Below are positions 5,439 through 13,704 of a stretch of 17,357 nucleotides of DNA, piece by piece. Every line of letters starts with the position of its first letter. Positions within the stretch are counted from its first letter, which is position 1. The translations under genes were made by a program, and so were the position numbers. This stretch comes from Candidatus Iainarchaeum sp. Lineage in GTDB: Archaea; Iainarchaeota; Iainarchaeia; Iainarchaeales; 0-14-0-20-34-12. The notes beneath the pieces were generated by a model, which saw only the letters and a program-made list of their open reading frames with translations, was not told the DNA's origin and did no database searches. The stretch lies in contig JAUSKK010000055.1 of assembly GCA_030649345.1 (NCBI GenBank), forward strand, positions 1 through 17,357, in the 5' to 3' direction.

Positions 5439-5475
5439 TCTGCAGTCCAACCCAAAAAGAGAAAAGTGTGAAACC

Positions 5476-5910
5476 ATGAAAGAATATTTTAAAATTATTC
5501 CTGCAGTGTATCTTGTTTTAGTAACTGATTCAATACTTTTAATGTTAAAGCGAAAAAACACTGGTTACCACGACGGTGAATATGGTTTAGTTTCAGGACA
5601 CTTAAATGGAAATGAAAGTCTTGTGCAAGCCATGGTTCGAGAAACAAAAGAAGAAGCAGGAATTACTGTTTTGCCTGAAAATTTAAAACTAATTCATGTC
5701 GTGAATAGACAAAGCTTAGATAGTGAACGCATTGATTTTTTCTTTTTAGCAAAAGAATGGGCTGGCCAAATTGAAAACAAAGAACCGCATAAATGTGCTG
5801 AACTCAAATGGTTTCCTTTAGATCAACTTCCAGTTAATACGATTCCAGAAGTAAAACAAGCCCTTGAAAATTTTAAGAAAAACAATTTTTACAGTGAACT
5901 CAACTGGTAA
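5476..5910 (+). CDS. Nudix hydrolase
   Basis: A complete Nudix box is present: GHLNGNESLVQAMVRETKEEAGI (Gx5Ex7REUxEExGU). I start it at ATG 5476 because the ORF-track start at 5365 would overlap the tRNA gene. Confidence 0.85.
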   Translation: MKEYFKIIPAVYLVLVTDSILLMLKRKNTGYHDGEYGLVSGHLNGNESLVQAMVRETKEEAGITVLPENLKLIHVVNRQSLDSERIDFFFLAKEWAGQIENKEPHKCAELKWFPLDQLPVNTIPEVKQALENFKKNNFYSELNW

Positions 5911-5932
5911 TGTTTATTTAGTAAAGTTTTCA

Positions 5933-7078
5933 TTATTTTAGTAATTGGTTGTATATTTTTAAAGTTTGTTCAACATTGTTTTCCCAGGAAAACTTTTTTT
6001 TCAATATTTTGGAATCATTTTCTAATTTTTCTAAAAAATTAGGCTCTGTGAATGTGTCCACTATTTTTTCAGCCAATTGATTTACATTTCCAGGTTCTAC
6101 GACTTGAGATTTATTTAATACAAGTTCAGGCAAGCCTCCTGTGTTGGTTACAATTAATGGTTTTTCAAAAGCCAAAGCAATATTGCCTGGTCCGCTTTGT
6201 GCACTGAACTCTAAATAAGGTAAAACAACCAAATCAGCTGCCGCAAAATAATACTTAATTTCAGATGAAGGCGTATAATCCAAAGATAGTTTTATGTTTT
6301 TTTCTTTTTTTGCTCTTTCTTCTATTTCTTTTTTGAATTCTTCATTCCATGGTTTTCCGGCAATGATTAAAAATAAATCCGGAATTGTTTGTTGTGCAAT
6401 CTTGAATGCATCTATTAAATCAAAAATGCCTTTGTATTTTCGTATATATCCAAAAAATAAAACTGTTTTTGCAGTCTTGGAAATATTTAGTTTCGTTCGT
6501 GCCATTTCATTGGTTGTAGGCTGGTCATTATAAAAGTCATAAATTCCATGAGGTATGATTTCAATTTTTTCAGTATTGATTTTGAATATTTTTTGCAATT
6601 GTTGTTTATTTTGTTCTGTGTGAACTATGAATTTATGCGGTACTTTAAATAATATTGCTGAAAAAAGTTTATCAAAAAAGTTTGATTCATGACCTAATAT
6701 ATTGTGTACTGTGCAAACTATTTTTTTTCCTTTTAATCTTGCAATGACTGTACTGGTAAAAAAAATTGGAAACAAGTACCAGGTCCACCAATGAAAATGT
6801 ACAATTTTTCCTTTTGCAGTTAAACCCGTGTATATCCAGCTTAATGGATTGTACCAAGTTAATGGCGTGTGAATTGTTAAATTTTTGTTTTTTGGAATTT
6901 GAAACGTTGGGTCTGTTTCAGTCATTTTGCCTTTATAAAACAGTTTAGGGTAGATTGCTTTGAAATTAAAGAATTCAATAGGCATTTTTTCAGATAATAC
7001 TTTTGTTTGCTGAATGCAATAATCACTTACCCCGGTGACGGGCGGCAAGGTTCCAATTAAAGAAATTTGAATTTTCAT
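5933..7078 (-). CDS. Glycosyltransferase, GT4 (GT-B fold) family
   Basis: 381 aa. The C-terminal half, FFGYIRKYKGIFDLIDAF...LIIAGKP...AADLVVLPYLEFSAQSGPGNIALAFEKPLIVTNTGGLPELV, matches the GT4 Ex7E-type donor-binding region. Confidence 0.85.
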   Translation of the reverse strand: MKIQISLIGTLPPVTGVSDYCIQQTKVLSEKMPIEFFNFKAIYPKLFYKGKMTETDPTFQIPKNKNLTIHTPLTWYNPLSWIYTGLTAKGKIVHFHWWTWYLFPIFFTSTVIARLKGKKIVCTVHNILGHESNFFDKLFSAILFKVPHKFIVHTEQNKQQLQKIFKINTEKIEIIPHGIYDFYNDQPTTNEMARTKLNISKTAKTVLFFGYIRKYKGIFDLIDAFKIAQQTIPDLFLIIAGKPWNEEFKKEIEERAKKEKNIKLSLDYTPSSEIKYYFAAADLVVLPYLEFSAQSGPGNIALAFEKPLIVTNTGGLPELVLNKSQVVEPGNVNQLAEKIVDTFTEPNFLEKLENDSKILKKKFSWENNVEQTLKIYNQLLK

Positions 7079-7208
7079 TATTCTCTCCAGGTTATTTATT
7101 TATTGTGTATATAAATCAATTAAATACTGAATTGTTTCCCTATCTGCGAATCATATATAATTGTTGTTATACTAATTATTTTAGTATGTCTTGGCATAAT
7201 GTGTTTTT

Positions 7209-7850
7209 ATGAACTGTGAAATTATACCGGCTGTTTTGTCACAAACTTCAAGAGATTTAAATCAAAAAATAAGTCTTGTAAAAAATTATGTTAAAACCAT
7301 TCAATTGGATGTAATGGACAATGACTTTGTGCCCAACCAAACTGTAGGCTTAGATTCTTTTTCTGATTTGCCGAGCGATATTCAATTTGAATTTCATTGG
7401 ATGGTTCATCATCCGGAACGCTGGATCGCAAAACTGCAAAAGCCTTTTTTTCATTGGGTTCATGTAGAGTCTAAAATAGATTGGCCTAAACTTAAGAAAG
7501 CCGTTGAATCCACTCAAGGATTGTTGGGCATTGCGTTAAATCCAGATACTTCAGTTCAAGATTTAGGCGAGCATGCTTTCTTTGCGTCTGGTTTTTTGGT
7601 AATGACTGTACATCCAGGATTTTCTGGGCAACTGTATTTGCCTAAAGTGGAAGAAAAAATTTCAATTTTAAGAAAAAAATTTCCAGAAACAGATATTGAG
7701 GTTGATGGCGGAATTAATTTGCAGACCATTGCAAGAGCTCAAAAGGCAGGCGCCAATAAGTTTGTTTGCGGAAGTTCTATTTTTTCGAATTCGAATCCAG
7801 CTCAAGCCATTCAAGAACTTTCACTGATTGTAAATCAAGGAATGAAATAA
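7209..7850 (+). CDS. rpe: Ribulose-phosphate 3-epimerase family protein
   Basis: LDVMDNDFVPN, FEFHWMV, MTVHPGFSGQ, IEVDGGIN and VCGSSIF correspond to Rpe motifs HxDVMDxxFVPN, DVHLMV, VNPGFGGQ, VDGG and VAGSAIF. The first His is replaced by Gln (codon 7302-7304). Confidence 0.8.
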   Translation: MNCEIIPAVLSQTSRDLNQKISLVKNYVKTIQLDVMDNDFVPNQTVGLDSFSDLPSDIQFEFHWMVHHPERWIAKLQKPFFHWVHVESKIDWPKLKKAVESTQGLLGIALNPDTSVQDLGEHAFFASGFLVMTVHPGFSGQLYLPKVEEKISILRKKFPETDIEVDGGINLQTIARAQKAGANKFVCGSSIFSNSNPAQAIQELSLIVNQGMK

Positions 7851-7852
7851 AT

Positions 7853-8713
7853 ATGAATCCATTTAATTTTCAAGACACAGTTCAACTTCAATTGTTGGCG
7901 AATGATTTACGGCAAGAAGTAATTCGCATTTTGTGTGAATCTAAATCAGGTCATTCTGCTGGATCTTTGGGAATGGCGGATGTTTTTGCAGTTTTATATT
8001 TTAATGTTCTTTCATATAATCCAAAAGATCCTGCTTGGAAAGATCGAGATCGTTTAATTTTATCCAATGGGCATATTTGCCCAATTCAATATGCATCCAT
8101 GGCGTATGCTGGCTTTTTTCCAAAAACTGAATTGTTTACTTTAAGAAAATTAGGTTCTCGTTTACAAGGTCATCCGCATACTGGCTCTTTGCCTGGAATT
8201 GAAAACAATGGCGGTCCTTTAGGTCAAGGATTAAGTCAAGCTGTTGGAATTTCTTTGGTATGTAAATTGGAAAATAAATCTTTTCGTGTTTATTGCATTA
8301 CTGGAGACGGCGAGCATAATGAAGGCCAAATTTGGGAAGCCATTGAAACTGCTGCTAAATATAAATTGCATAATTTGATTGTGATTGTAGATCGAAATCG
8401 AATTCAAATGGACGGCCCAACTGAAGTAGTTATGCCTTTAGATTCTTTGGCAGAAAAGTATGCTGCATTCGGCTGGAATGTGCTGGAATTGGACGGACAT
8501 AATATTCCTGGGTTGTTGCAAGGATTTGAAAAAGCTAAATTAAACAAGTCTGCGCCTTTGGTTATTATTGCAAATACCATTCCAGGAAAAGATGTTGCTT
8601 TTATGGAAAATTCTTATGATTGGCATGGAAAAGTGCCAACTGTTGAACAAGCGCAGCAAGCATTACTTTTATTGGAAAATATCCACAAAAAAATCGCAGA
8701 TGTGAAAAATTAA
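7853..8713 (+). CDS. Transketolase, N-terminal (TPP-binding) subunit
   Basis: SGHSAGSLGMADVFAVLYF, HPHTGSLPGIENNGGPLGQGLSQAVG and ITGDGEHNEGQIWEA (GDG...NEG TPP motif) are present. ATG at 7853 is used because the ORF-track start at 7766 lies inside rpe. Confidence 0.9.
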   Translation: MNPFNFQDTVQLQLLANDLRQEVIRILCESKSGHSAGSLGMADVFAVLYFNVLSYNPKDPAWKDRDRLILSNGHICPIQYASMAYAGFFPKTELFTLRKLGSRLQGHPHTGSLPGIENNGGPLGQGLSQAVGISLVCKLENKSFRVYCITGDGEHNEGQIWEAIETAAKYKLHNLIVIVDRNRIQMDGPTEVVMPLDSLAEKYAAFGWNVLELDGHNIPGLLQGFEKAKLNKSAPLVIIANTIPGKDVAFMENSYDWHGKVPTVEQAQQALLLLENIHKKIADVKN

Positions 8714-9741
8714 TGTCCGAACAATCAAATGGTTTTTTAAAAAAATGGAATGCAGCTGCAATGGATTTATGTCCAGATCCTTTCCGGCCTTCTTCTTTTG
8801 GGTCTACCCGTGATGGCTTTGGAAAAGGTCTTTTAGAAACTGCTGAACTGCATGAAAATATTTGGGTGGTTTCTGCGGATGTGCAAGAAAGTACGCGTGT
8901 TCATTGGTTTGCTGAAAAGTTTCCGAATCGTTTTATTCAGGTTGGAATTGCAGAACAAAATCTGGCAGGAATTGCCGCAGGAATTTCCAGTTGTAACAAA
9001 ATAGTTTTCATGTCAGCATTTGCTGCTTTTTCTCCTGGCCGGAATTGGGATCAAATTCGTGTTTCAATTTGTTATCAGAATTCGAATGTAAAAATTCATT
9101 CATCGCATTCTGGACTGACTGTTGGAGCTGATGGTGCAACTCATCAGGCATTGGAAGATATTGGCATTTTGAGAACTTTGCCGAACATGACGATTGTGGT
9201 TCCCTGTGATTTTGAACAAGCCAAAAAAGCAGTAAAATTGATTGCCTTGCATTCAGGTCCTGTTTATTTGCGGACTGTTCGTGAAAAATCGCCTGTTTTT
9301 ACAAGTTCTAAAACTCCTTTTGAGATTGGAAAATTTAATGTATACAAAGAAGGCAAAGATATTGCAATTTTTGCCTGCGGGTTTACAGTATATCCAGCTC
9401 TGCATGCTGCCTTTGAGTTAGAAAAAGAAGGAATTGATTGTGCAGTCATTGATGCGCATACCATAAAGCCGATTGACCAAGATTCCATTTTGTTTTGGGC
9501 TAATACAACAAAGTTATTGATTTCAATTGAAGACCATCAAGTGACTGGAGGCTTAGGAAGTGCCATTGCAGAAGTTTTGGCTGAAACCAAAACCAATGCA
9601 ATTCTAAAACGTCACGGTATCTATGATCTGTTTGGCGAAAGCGGCGAATGCGAACAGCTTTTAAAGAAATATAAATTAGATTATGTAGGCATCAGCGAAG
9701 TTGTGCGCACTGCTTGGAATTCGCTTAAGGTGAAATTATGA
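8713..9741 (+). CDS. Transketolase, C-terminal (pyrimidine-binding plus C-terminal domain) subunit
   Basis: TRDGFGKGLLE, FIQVGIAEQNLAGIAAG, GATHQALEDIGILRTLPNM and HTIKPIDQ are present. The start overlaps the tktN stop (TAATG). The N-terminal approximately 30 aa form an extension, so the start could also be the internal Met at residue 17. Confidence 0.88.
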   Translation: MSEQSNGFLKKWNAAAMDLCPDPFRPSSFGSTRDGFGKGLLETAELHENIWVVSADVQESTRVHWFAEKFPNRFIQVGIAEQNLAGIAAGISSCNKIVFMSAFAAFSPGRNWDQIRVSICYQNSNVKIHSSHSGLTVGADGATHQALEDIGILRTLPNMTIVVPCDFEQAKKAVKLIALHSGPVYLRTVREKSPVFTSSKTPFEIGKFNVYKEGKDIAIFACGFTVYPALHAAFELEKEGIDCAVIDAHTIKPIDQDSILFWANTTKLLISIEDHQVTGGLGSAIAEVLAETKTNAILKRHGIYDLFGESGECEQLLKKYKLDYVGISEVVRTAWNSLKVKL

Positions 9742-10394
9742 AACTTTTTTTAGATTCTGCAGATATTCAAGAAATTAAAAATGTTCAAAGCACTGGCTTG
9801 CTGGATGGTATAACTACCAATCCAACTTTGATTTTAAAATCCGGCAGAGATCATAAAGAAACCATTCAAGAAATTGCAAAATATGTAAAAGGTCCTATTA
9901 GTGTTGAAGGCATTGGGTCAACCTGTGATCAATTGGTTAAGGATGCCGAAAAATTTGCTGCCTGGGCGCCCAATGTTGTGGCTAAAATTCCAATGACTTT
10001 TGAAGGTTTGAAAGCAGTTCAAATTTTGTCTCAAAAAAATATTCCAACCAATGTAACTTTGGTTTTTTCAGTTGCACAAGCTGTGCTGGTTGCAAAAGCA
10101 GGTGCGACCTATGTTTCTCCTTTTGTAGGCCGATTGGATGATCAAGGAAGTGTGGGAATGAATTTAATTCAAGATTTAGTGACTGTTTACAAAAATTACG
10201 GTTTCAAAACAAAAATTTTAGTTGCATCCATTCGTTCAGTTCAGCATATTGAAGAAGCTGCCAAATTGGGTGCAGACATTTGCACAATTCCGTATTCTTT
10301 GTTTGAAAATTTAAGCAAACATCATTTAACGGACAAAGGTATTTTGCGTTTTGAAGAAGATTATCGTAAAGCAATGAGTGTATTTAAAGAATAA
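9738..10394 (+). CDS. tal: Transaldolase / fructose-6-phosphate aldolase (short, subfamily 3B type)
   Basis: MKLFLDSADIQEI...GITTNPTLI, VVAKIPMT (Schiff-base Lys), TNVTLVFS and SPFVGRLDD are present. Length is 218 aa. The start overlaps the tktC stop (ATGA), and AGGTGA lies 5 nt upstream. Confidence 0.9.
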   Translation: MKLFLDSADIQEIKNVQSTGLLDGITTNPTLILKSGRDHKETIQEIAKYVKGPISVEGIGSTCDQLVKDAEKFAAWAPNVVAKIPMTFEGLKAVQILSQKNIPTNVTLVFSVAQAVLVAKAGATYVSPFVGRLDDQGSVGMNLIQDLVTVYKNYGFKTKILVASIRSVQHIEEAAKLGADICTIPYSLFENLSKHHLTDKGILRFEEDYRKAMSVFKE

Positions 10395-10402
10395 TATTTT
10401 TT

Positions 10403-11122
10403 ATGAAGATTAAACAAGCAGTTATTTTGGCTGGAGGAAAAGGAGAACGTTTGCATCCTTTAACCTTGGAAATTCCCAAGCCTTTAATTCCAATTAACCA
10501 AAAACCTCTTTTGCAATATTCCATTGAGCTTTTATGCAAACATGGTGTTCGTGAAATTATTTTGGCAGTAAGTTATCAGCATGAAAAAATAAAAAACTAT
10601 TTCAAGGACGGCAAGGATTGGGGTGTTCGTATTGATTATTCCATTGAATCCAGTCCATTGGGCACTGGCGGTGCTATAAAAAACCTTGAATCTCAATTGG
10701 ATAACTCTTTTTTTATGTTAAATGGAGACAATATTTCCAACTTTGATTTAACTCAAGCTGTTTTTCAACATCAAAAAACAAATGCTGCCGGAACCTTAAT
10801 TTTGGTTCATGTGCCTTCTGTTGTTGGCTCTGGGCATGTGACTTTAAATGACCAAAAAATTGTTTCGTTTATGGAAAAACCAGAATTAGAAACTCAAATT
10901 CAAGCAGGTTGGATTAATGGCGGTACGTATGTTTTGCAAAAAGAAGTTTTGTCTGTACTTCCGGTTGGTTTTAATTTAATTGAAAAAACACTTTTTCCAA
11001 AACTGGCTGTTGAAGGAAAATTATTTGGTTTCAAACATTCTGGCTTTTGGTATGCTCTGGATACTTTTGAAATGTTAAAAAAAACAGAGCAGGCATTATT
11101 AAATAATCCTAATTTTCTTTAA
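10403..11122 (+). CDS. Sugar-1-phosphate nucleotidyltransferase (HddC / mannose-1-P guanylyltransferase-like), copy 1
   Basis: AVILAGGKGERLHPLTLEIPKPLIPI matches the GxGxRLxPLTxxxPKP signature; GTGGAI and LNGD are also present. Length is 239 aa, a single Rossmann-like domain. It is a paralogue of 15260..15979. Confidence 0.8.
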   Translation: MKIKQAVILAGGKGERLHPLTLEIPKPLIPINQKPLLQYSIELLCKHGVREIILAVSYQHEKIKNYFKDGKDWGVRIDYSIESSPLGTGGAIKNLESQLDNSFFMLNGDNISNFDLTQAVFQHQKTNAAGTLILVHVPSVVGSGHVTLNDQKIVSFMEKPELETQIQAGWINGGTYVLQKEVLSVLPVGFNLIEKTLFPKLAVEGKLFGFKHSGFWYALDTFEMLKKTEQALLNNPNFL

Positions 11123-11658
11123 TTTGTTTTTAATATTTTTTCTACTGCATCTAAAATATCTTCTGCTGTAATGTCTGGTTGCACATTGAATTCTTTGTCC
11201 GAACCAGCATAACCTGTTTTTACCAATATTGTTTTACAACCCGCATTTTTTCCAGTTTGAATATCTACAGTTTTATCTCCGACGAAAAAAGTGTTCGCAA
11301 AGTTTAAATTAAAATCTTTTTTTGCTTGCACTAACATTCCAATTTTTGGCTTTCGGCATTCACAGTCTCCAGAAAACTTTGGATGATGCGGGCAAAAATA
11401 AAAAGCGTCAATTTTCGCGCCTTGTTTTTCAAGTTCTGTTTGAATAAATTGGTTTACTTTTTTAACATCTTGTTCTGTGCATAGTTTTCTGGCAACTACG
11501 GCCTGGTTGCTGATTACAATTACTATAAATTTTGAATTTAGTTTTTTGATGGCTGCTGCAGCACTTGAAATAAATTCTACTTGTGCAATTTCTCTTAGAT
11601 GGTGTTTTTCGTGAATGATGACTCCATCTCGGTCTAAAAATACTGCCTTATTCTTCAC
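11119..11658 (-). CDS. gmhB: D-glycero-D-manno-heptose 1,7-bisphosphate phosphatase (HAD, histidinol-phosphatase-like)
   Basis: AVFLDRDGVI is HAD motif I. FCPHHPKFSGDCECRKPKIGML is the GmhB Zn-finger-like CxHx(6-7)CxC insert followed by RKPxxGM. FVGDKTVDIQTG is motif IV. The start is uncertain: I favour GTG 11658 (giving MKNKAVFLDRDG) over ATG 11691 or 11706, which overlap gmhA. Confidence 0.8.
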   Translation of the reverse strand: MKNKAVFLDRDGVIIHEKHHLREIAQVEFISSAAAAIKKLNSKFIVIVISNQAVVARKLCTEQDVKKVNQFIQTELEKQGAKIDAFYFCPHHPKFSGDCECRKPKIGMLVQAKKDFNLNFANTFFVGDKTVDIQTGKNAGCKTILVKTGYAGSDKEFNVQPDITAEDILDAVEKILKTN

Positions 11659-12229
11659 AACATTCACTTTCCACAATCTCAGACAAAGCATGATAGAGTA
11701 CTGCATGCATTTCTTGAATTCTCGGAGTATTGTTGGATGGAACTTTTAATACAATGTCTGAAAACTGAACAGCTTCTGCAGCTGGCTGATTTCCTGTAAA
11801 TAGAATTGTGCAAATGCCTTGTTCTCTGGCTGTTTTTAAAGCTTCTAAAATATTTTTTGATTTTCCAGAAGTGCTGAATGCAACCAAGACATCTCCTTTT
11901 TTTCCAAAGGATTTAATTTGTCGGCTGAAAATAAAATCAAACGAGTAATCATTGGCTATTGCGGTTAAGTTTGAAATATTGGATGACAAAGATATGGCAG
12001 CCAAAGGTTTTCGGTCTTTTTTGTATTTGTTAATGAGTTCTGCTTCAAAATGATTGGCGTCAGCTGCACTGCCTCCGTTTCCGCAAATTAATAAATTGCG
12101 GCCGTTTTGAATGCATTCCACAATTTTTTCAGCAGTTTTTTCGGCTGTTTTTAGTATTTCTGGATATTTTTCCATCATTGTTTTATTTTCTTCAAAATTT
12201 TCAATTAATGTTTTTTCATAATTGGGCAT
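11648..12229 (-). CDS. gmhA: Sedoheptulose-7-phosphate isomerase (SIS domain)
   Basis: LLICGNGGSAADANHFEAELINKY, DVLVAFSTSGKSKNILEAL and the C-terminal QEMHAVLYHALSE match GmhA. The start codon directly follows the hddA stop (TAAATG). Confidence 0.88.
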   Translation of the reverse strand: MPNYEKTLIENFEENKTMMEKYPEILKTAEKTAEKIVECIQNGRNLLICGNGGSAADANHFEAELINKYKKDRKPLAAISLSSNISNLTAIANDYSFDFIFSRQIKSFGKKGDVLVAFSTSGKSKNILEALKTAREQGICTILFTGNQPAAEAVQFSDIVLKVPSNNTPRIQEMHAVLYHALSEIVESECCEE

Positions 12230-13249
12230 TTAATCACCTATATTCCATGTTTGAAGTCCTTGAAATTCAAATGCAAATGGCACTGGAATAGCGCCCATTA
12301 GTTCTAGTTGTTTTCTAACTTTAATTTCAGTATCTGGTTTACAGTAAAAAATCATATGGCCACCGCCACCGGCTCCAGTTATTTTTCCACCCAATGCTCC
12401 GGCTTGTCTGGCTTTGGTATATAGTTTGTCAATAAAAGGTGTTGAAATAAATTTGCTGTATTTTTTCTTAGCCATCCAGCCGGCATGCAATAATTCCCCG
12501 AATTCATTTAGTTTTTGTTTTTGCAAGGCTTTTTTCATTTCAACTGCAAGTTGTTTGGATTCATCCAATGCAGTCATAACTTGTTTTTTGTGAGTTTGAA
12601 CTGATTTTATTTGGTCTTTTAAAACATCTTGTCCGCGGTTGTTTCTGTCTGCCGCATAAACCATAACTAAATTTTTTTCCAATTCGAATATAGCTTCTTT
12701 TTTTAGCTTAAGCGGATATACTTTGGTTTCATTTTTTTTGAATTCAATAAAATTAATTCCACCATACGCAGATGCGAATTGGTCTTGTTTTCCGCCTTTT
12801 ACTTTTAGATATTCTCGCTCTAATTTAAATGCCATTTCTGCTATCTCGTGGATGGATAATTTTTGTTTTAGTGCAATATTGAATGCTCCCAATAATGAAA
12901 CAAATCCTGCAGCAGAAGATCCTAAACCGCTTTTGGGTGGCACGTCATTTCTAAAAAATAATTCTAATCCTTGGGTTGGTTTTATTTCCAGCAATACTGC
13001 TTTGGCTAAATCGTATTTTCCATCAAAGACTGCGCGTTCAATGGATTCTAAAAAAACTTCATCTGAATGGGTTGAGTCTAAACGTATGACATTGCTTTTT
13101 TTATTCCATTTCAAAGTTGTAAATGAGTATTTGTCAATGGTACTGCTTAAAACACAGCCTCCTTTTTCTTCCGGATAAGGAGATACGTCTGTGCCGCCGC
13201 CGGCAAAACTGATGCGTACTGGTGCTCTACTTCGAACTGAAAAAAACAT
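12230..13249 (-). CDS. hddA: GHMP-family sugar kinase, best read as D-glycero-alpha-D-manno-heptose 7-phosphate kinase
   Basis: SRAPVRISFAGGGTDVSPY is at the N-terminus, PPKSGLGSSAA is the GHMP ATP motif, and GKITGAGGGGHMIF is GHMP motif 3. Length is 339 aa. It lies in an operon with gmhA and gmhB. The related fucokinase-type kinases share these motifs, so the substrate assignment rests on context. Confidence 0.72.
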   Translation of the reverse strand: MFFSVRSRAPVRISFAGGGTDVSPYPEEKGGCVLSSTIDKYSFTTLKWNKKSNVIRLDSTHSDEVFLESIERAVFDGKYDLAKAVLLEIKPTQGLELFFRNDVPPKSGLGSSAAGFVSLLGAFNIALKQKLSIHEIAEMAFKLEREYLKVKGGKQDQFASAYGGINFIEFKKNETKVYPLKLKKEAIFELEKNLVMVYAADRNNRGQDVLKDQIKSVQTHKKQVMTALDESKQLAVEMKKALQKQKLNEFGELLHAGWMAKKKYSKFISTPFIDKLYTKARQAGALGGKITGAGGGGHMIFYCKPDTEIKVRKQLELMGAIPVPFAFEFQGLQTWNIGD

Positions 13250-13278
13250 AGGACTTCTCTGGTATTGTTGATCTAAAT

Positions 13279-13289
13279 CTTTTTATACC
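13279..13289 (-). promoter_or_regulatory. Candidate TATA box for the hddA-gmhA-gmhB operon
   Basis: The minus strand reads GGTATAAAAAG, centred about 35 nt upstream of the hddA ATG (13249), inside a 107-nt intergenic gap. Confidence 0.35.
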
Positions 13290-13356
13290 TTAGTCTGGCC
13301 ATGATGCTGGTTAATGTTGTTCTTTGTGGTTAGGATATGTTATTTCAGGTTTTGGC

Positions 13357-13695
13357 TTAATACAGTTTTCCGCCCAAAGGAACTTCTTGATCTATTGTAA
13401 TTAAAACACAGTTTCCTTGTTCATTCGGAATTCCTAAAGTTAATACTTGGCTTTTGAACAAGCAAATATTTTTTTCTGGAAAATTCACTACACACAAAAC
13501 TTGTTTTCCAATTAATTCTTTTTTTGAATAATTTTGAACCAATTGAGCACTGCTCCATTTGATTCCAATTTCTTTTCCTAAATCAATTTTTAATTTATAA
13601 GCTGGTTTTCGTGCTTCCGGAAAATCTAGTACTTCAATAATTTTTCCAACACGAATGTCTAGTTTTTCAAAATCAGAATAATTTATTGTTTCCAT
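13357..13695 (-). CDS. csaA: CsaA/YgjH-type tRNA-binding OB-fold protein
   Basis: YSDFEKLDIRVGKIIEVLDFPEARKPAYKLKIDLGKEIGIKWSSAQ...ELIGKQVLCVVNFPEK...SQVLTLG follows the CsaA pattern (FPEARKPAYKL). AGGTGG lies 5 nt upstream of the ATG. Confidence 0.8.
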   Translation of the reverse strand: METINYSDFEKLDIRVGKIIEVLDFPEARKPAYKLKIDLGKEIGIKWSSAQLVQNYSKKELIGKQVLCVVNFPEKNICLFKSQVLTLGIPNEQGNCVLITIDQEVPLGGKLY

Positions 13696-13704
13696 TTTTC
13701 CACC

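Noticed and set aside
5295-5561. The 88-aa minus-strand ORF, and the N-terminal extension (5365-5475) of the Nudix ORF.
   Set aside because: Both run through the tRNA-Gln gene and its downstream hairpin. The Nudix domain is complete from the internal ATG at 5476.
5408-7200. An integrated element using tRNA-Gln as an attachment site.
   Set aside because: There is no second copy of the tRNA 3' half downstream and no integrase or other mobile-element genes. The flanking Nudix and GT4 genes look like ordinary chromosomal genes.
7186-7212. An 8-codon upstream ORF (MSWHNVFL) whose TGA overlaps the rpe ATG (ATGA).
   Set aside because: It is too short to distinguish from chance in AT-rich DNA, and I could see no supporting ribosome-binding site or conservation. 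It is recorded only in case ribosome profiling becomes available.
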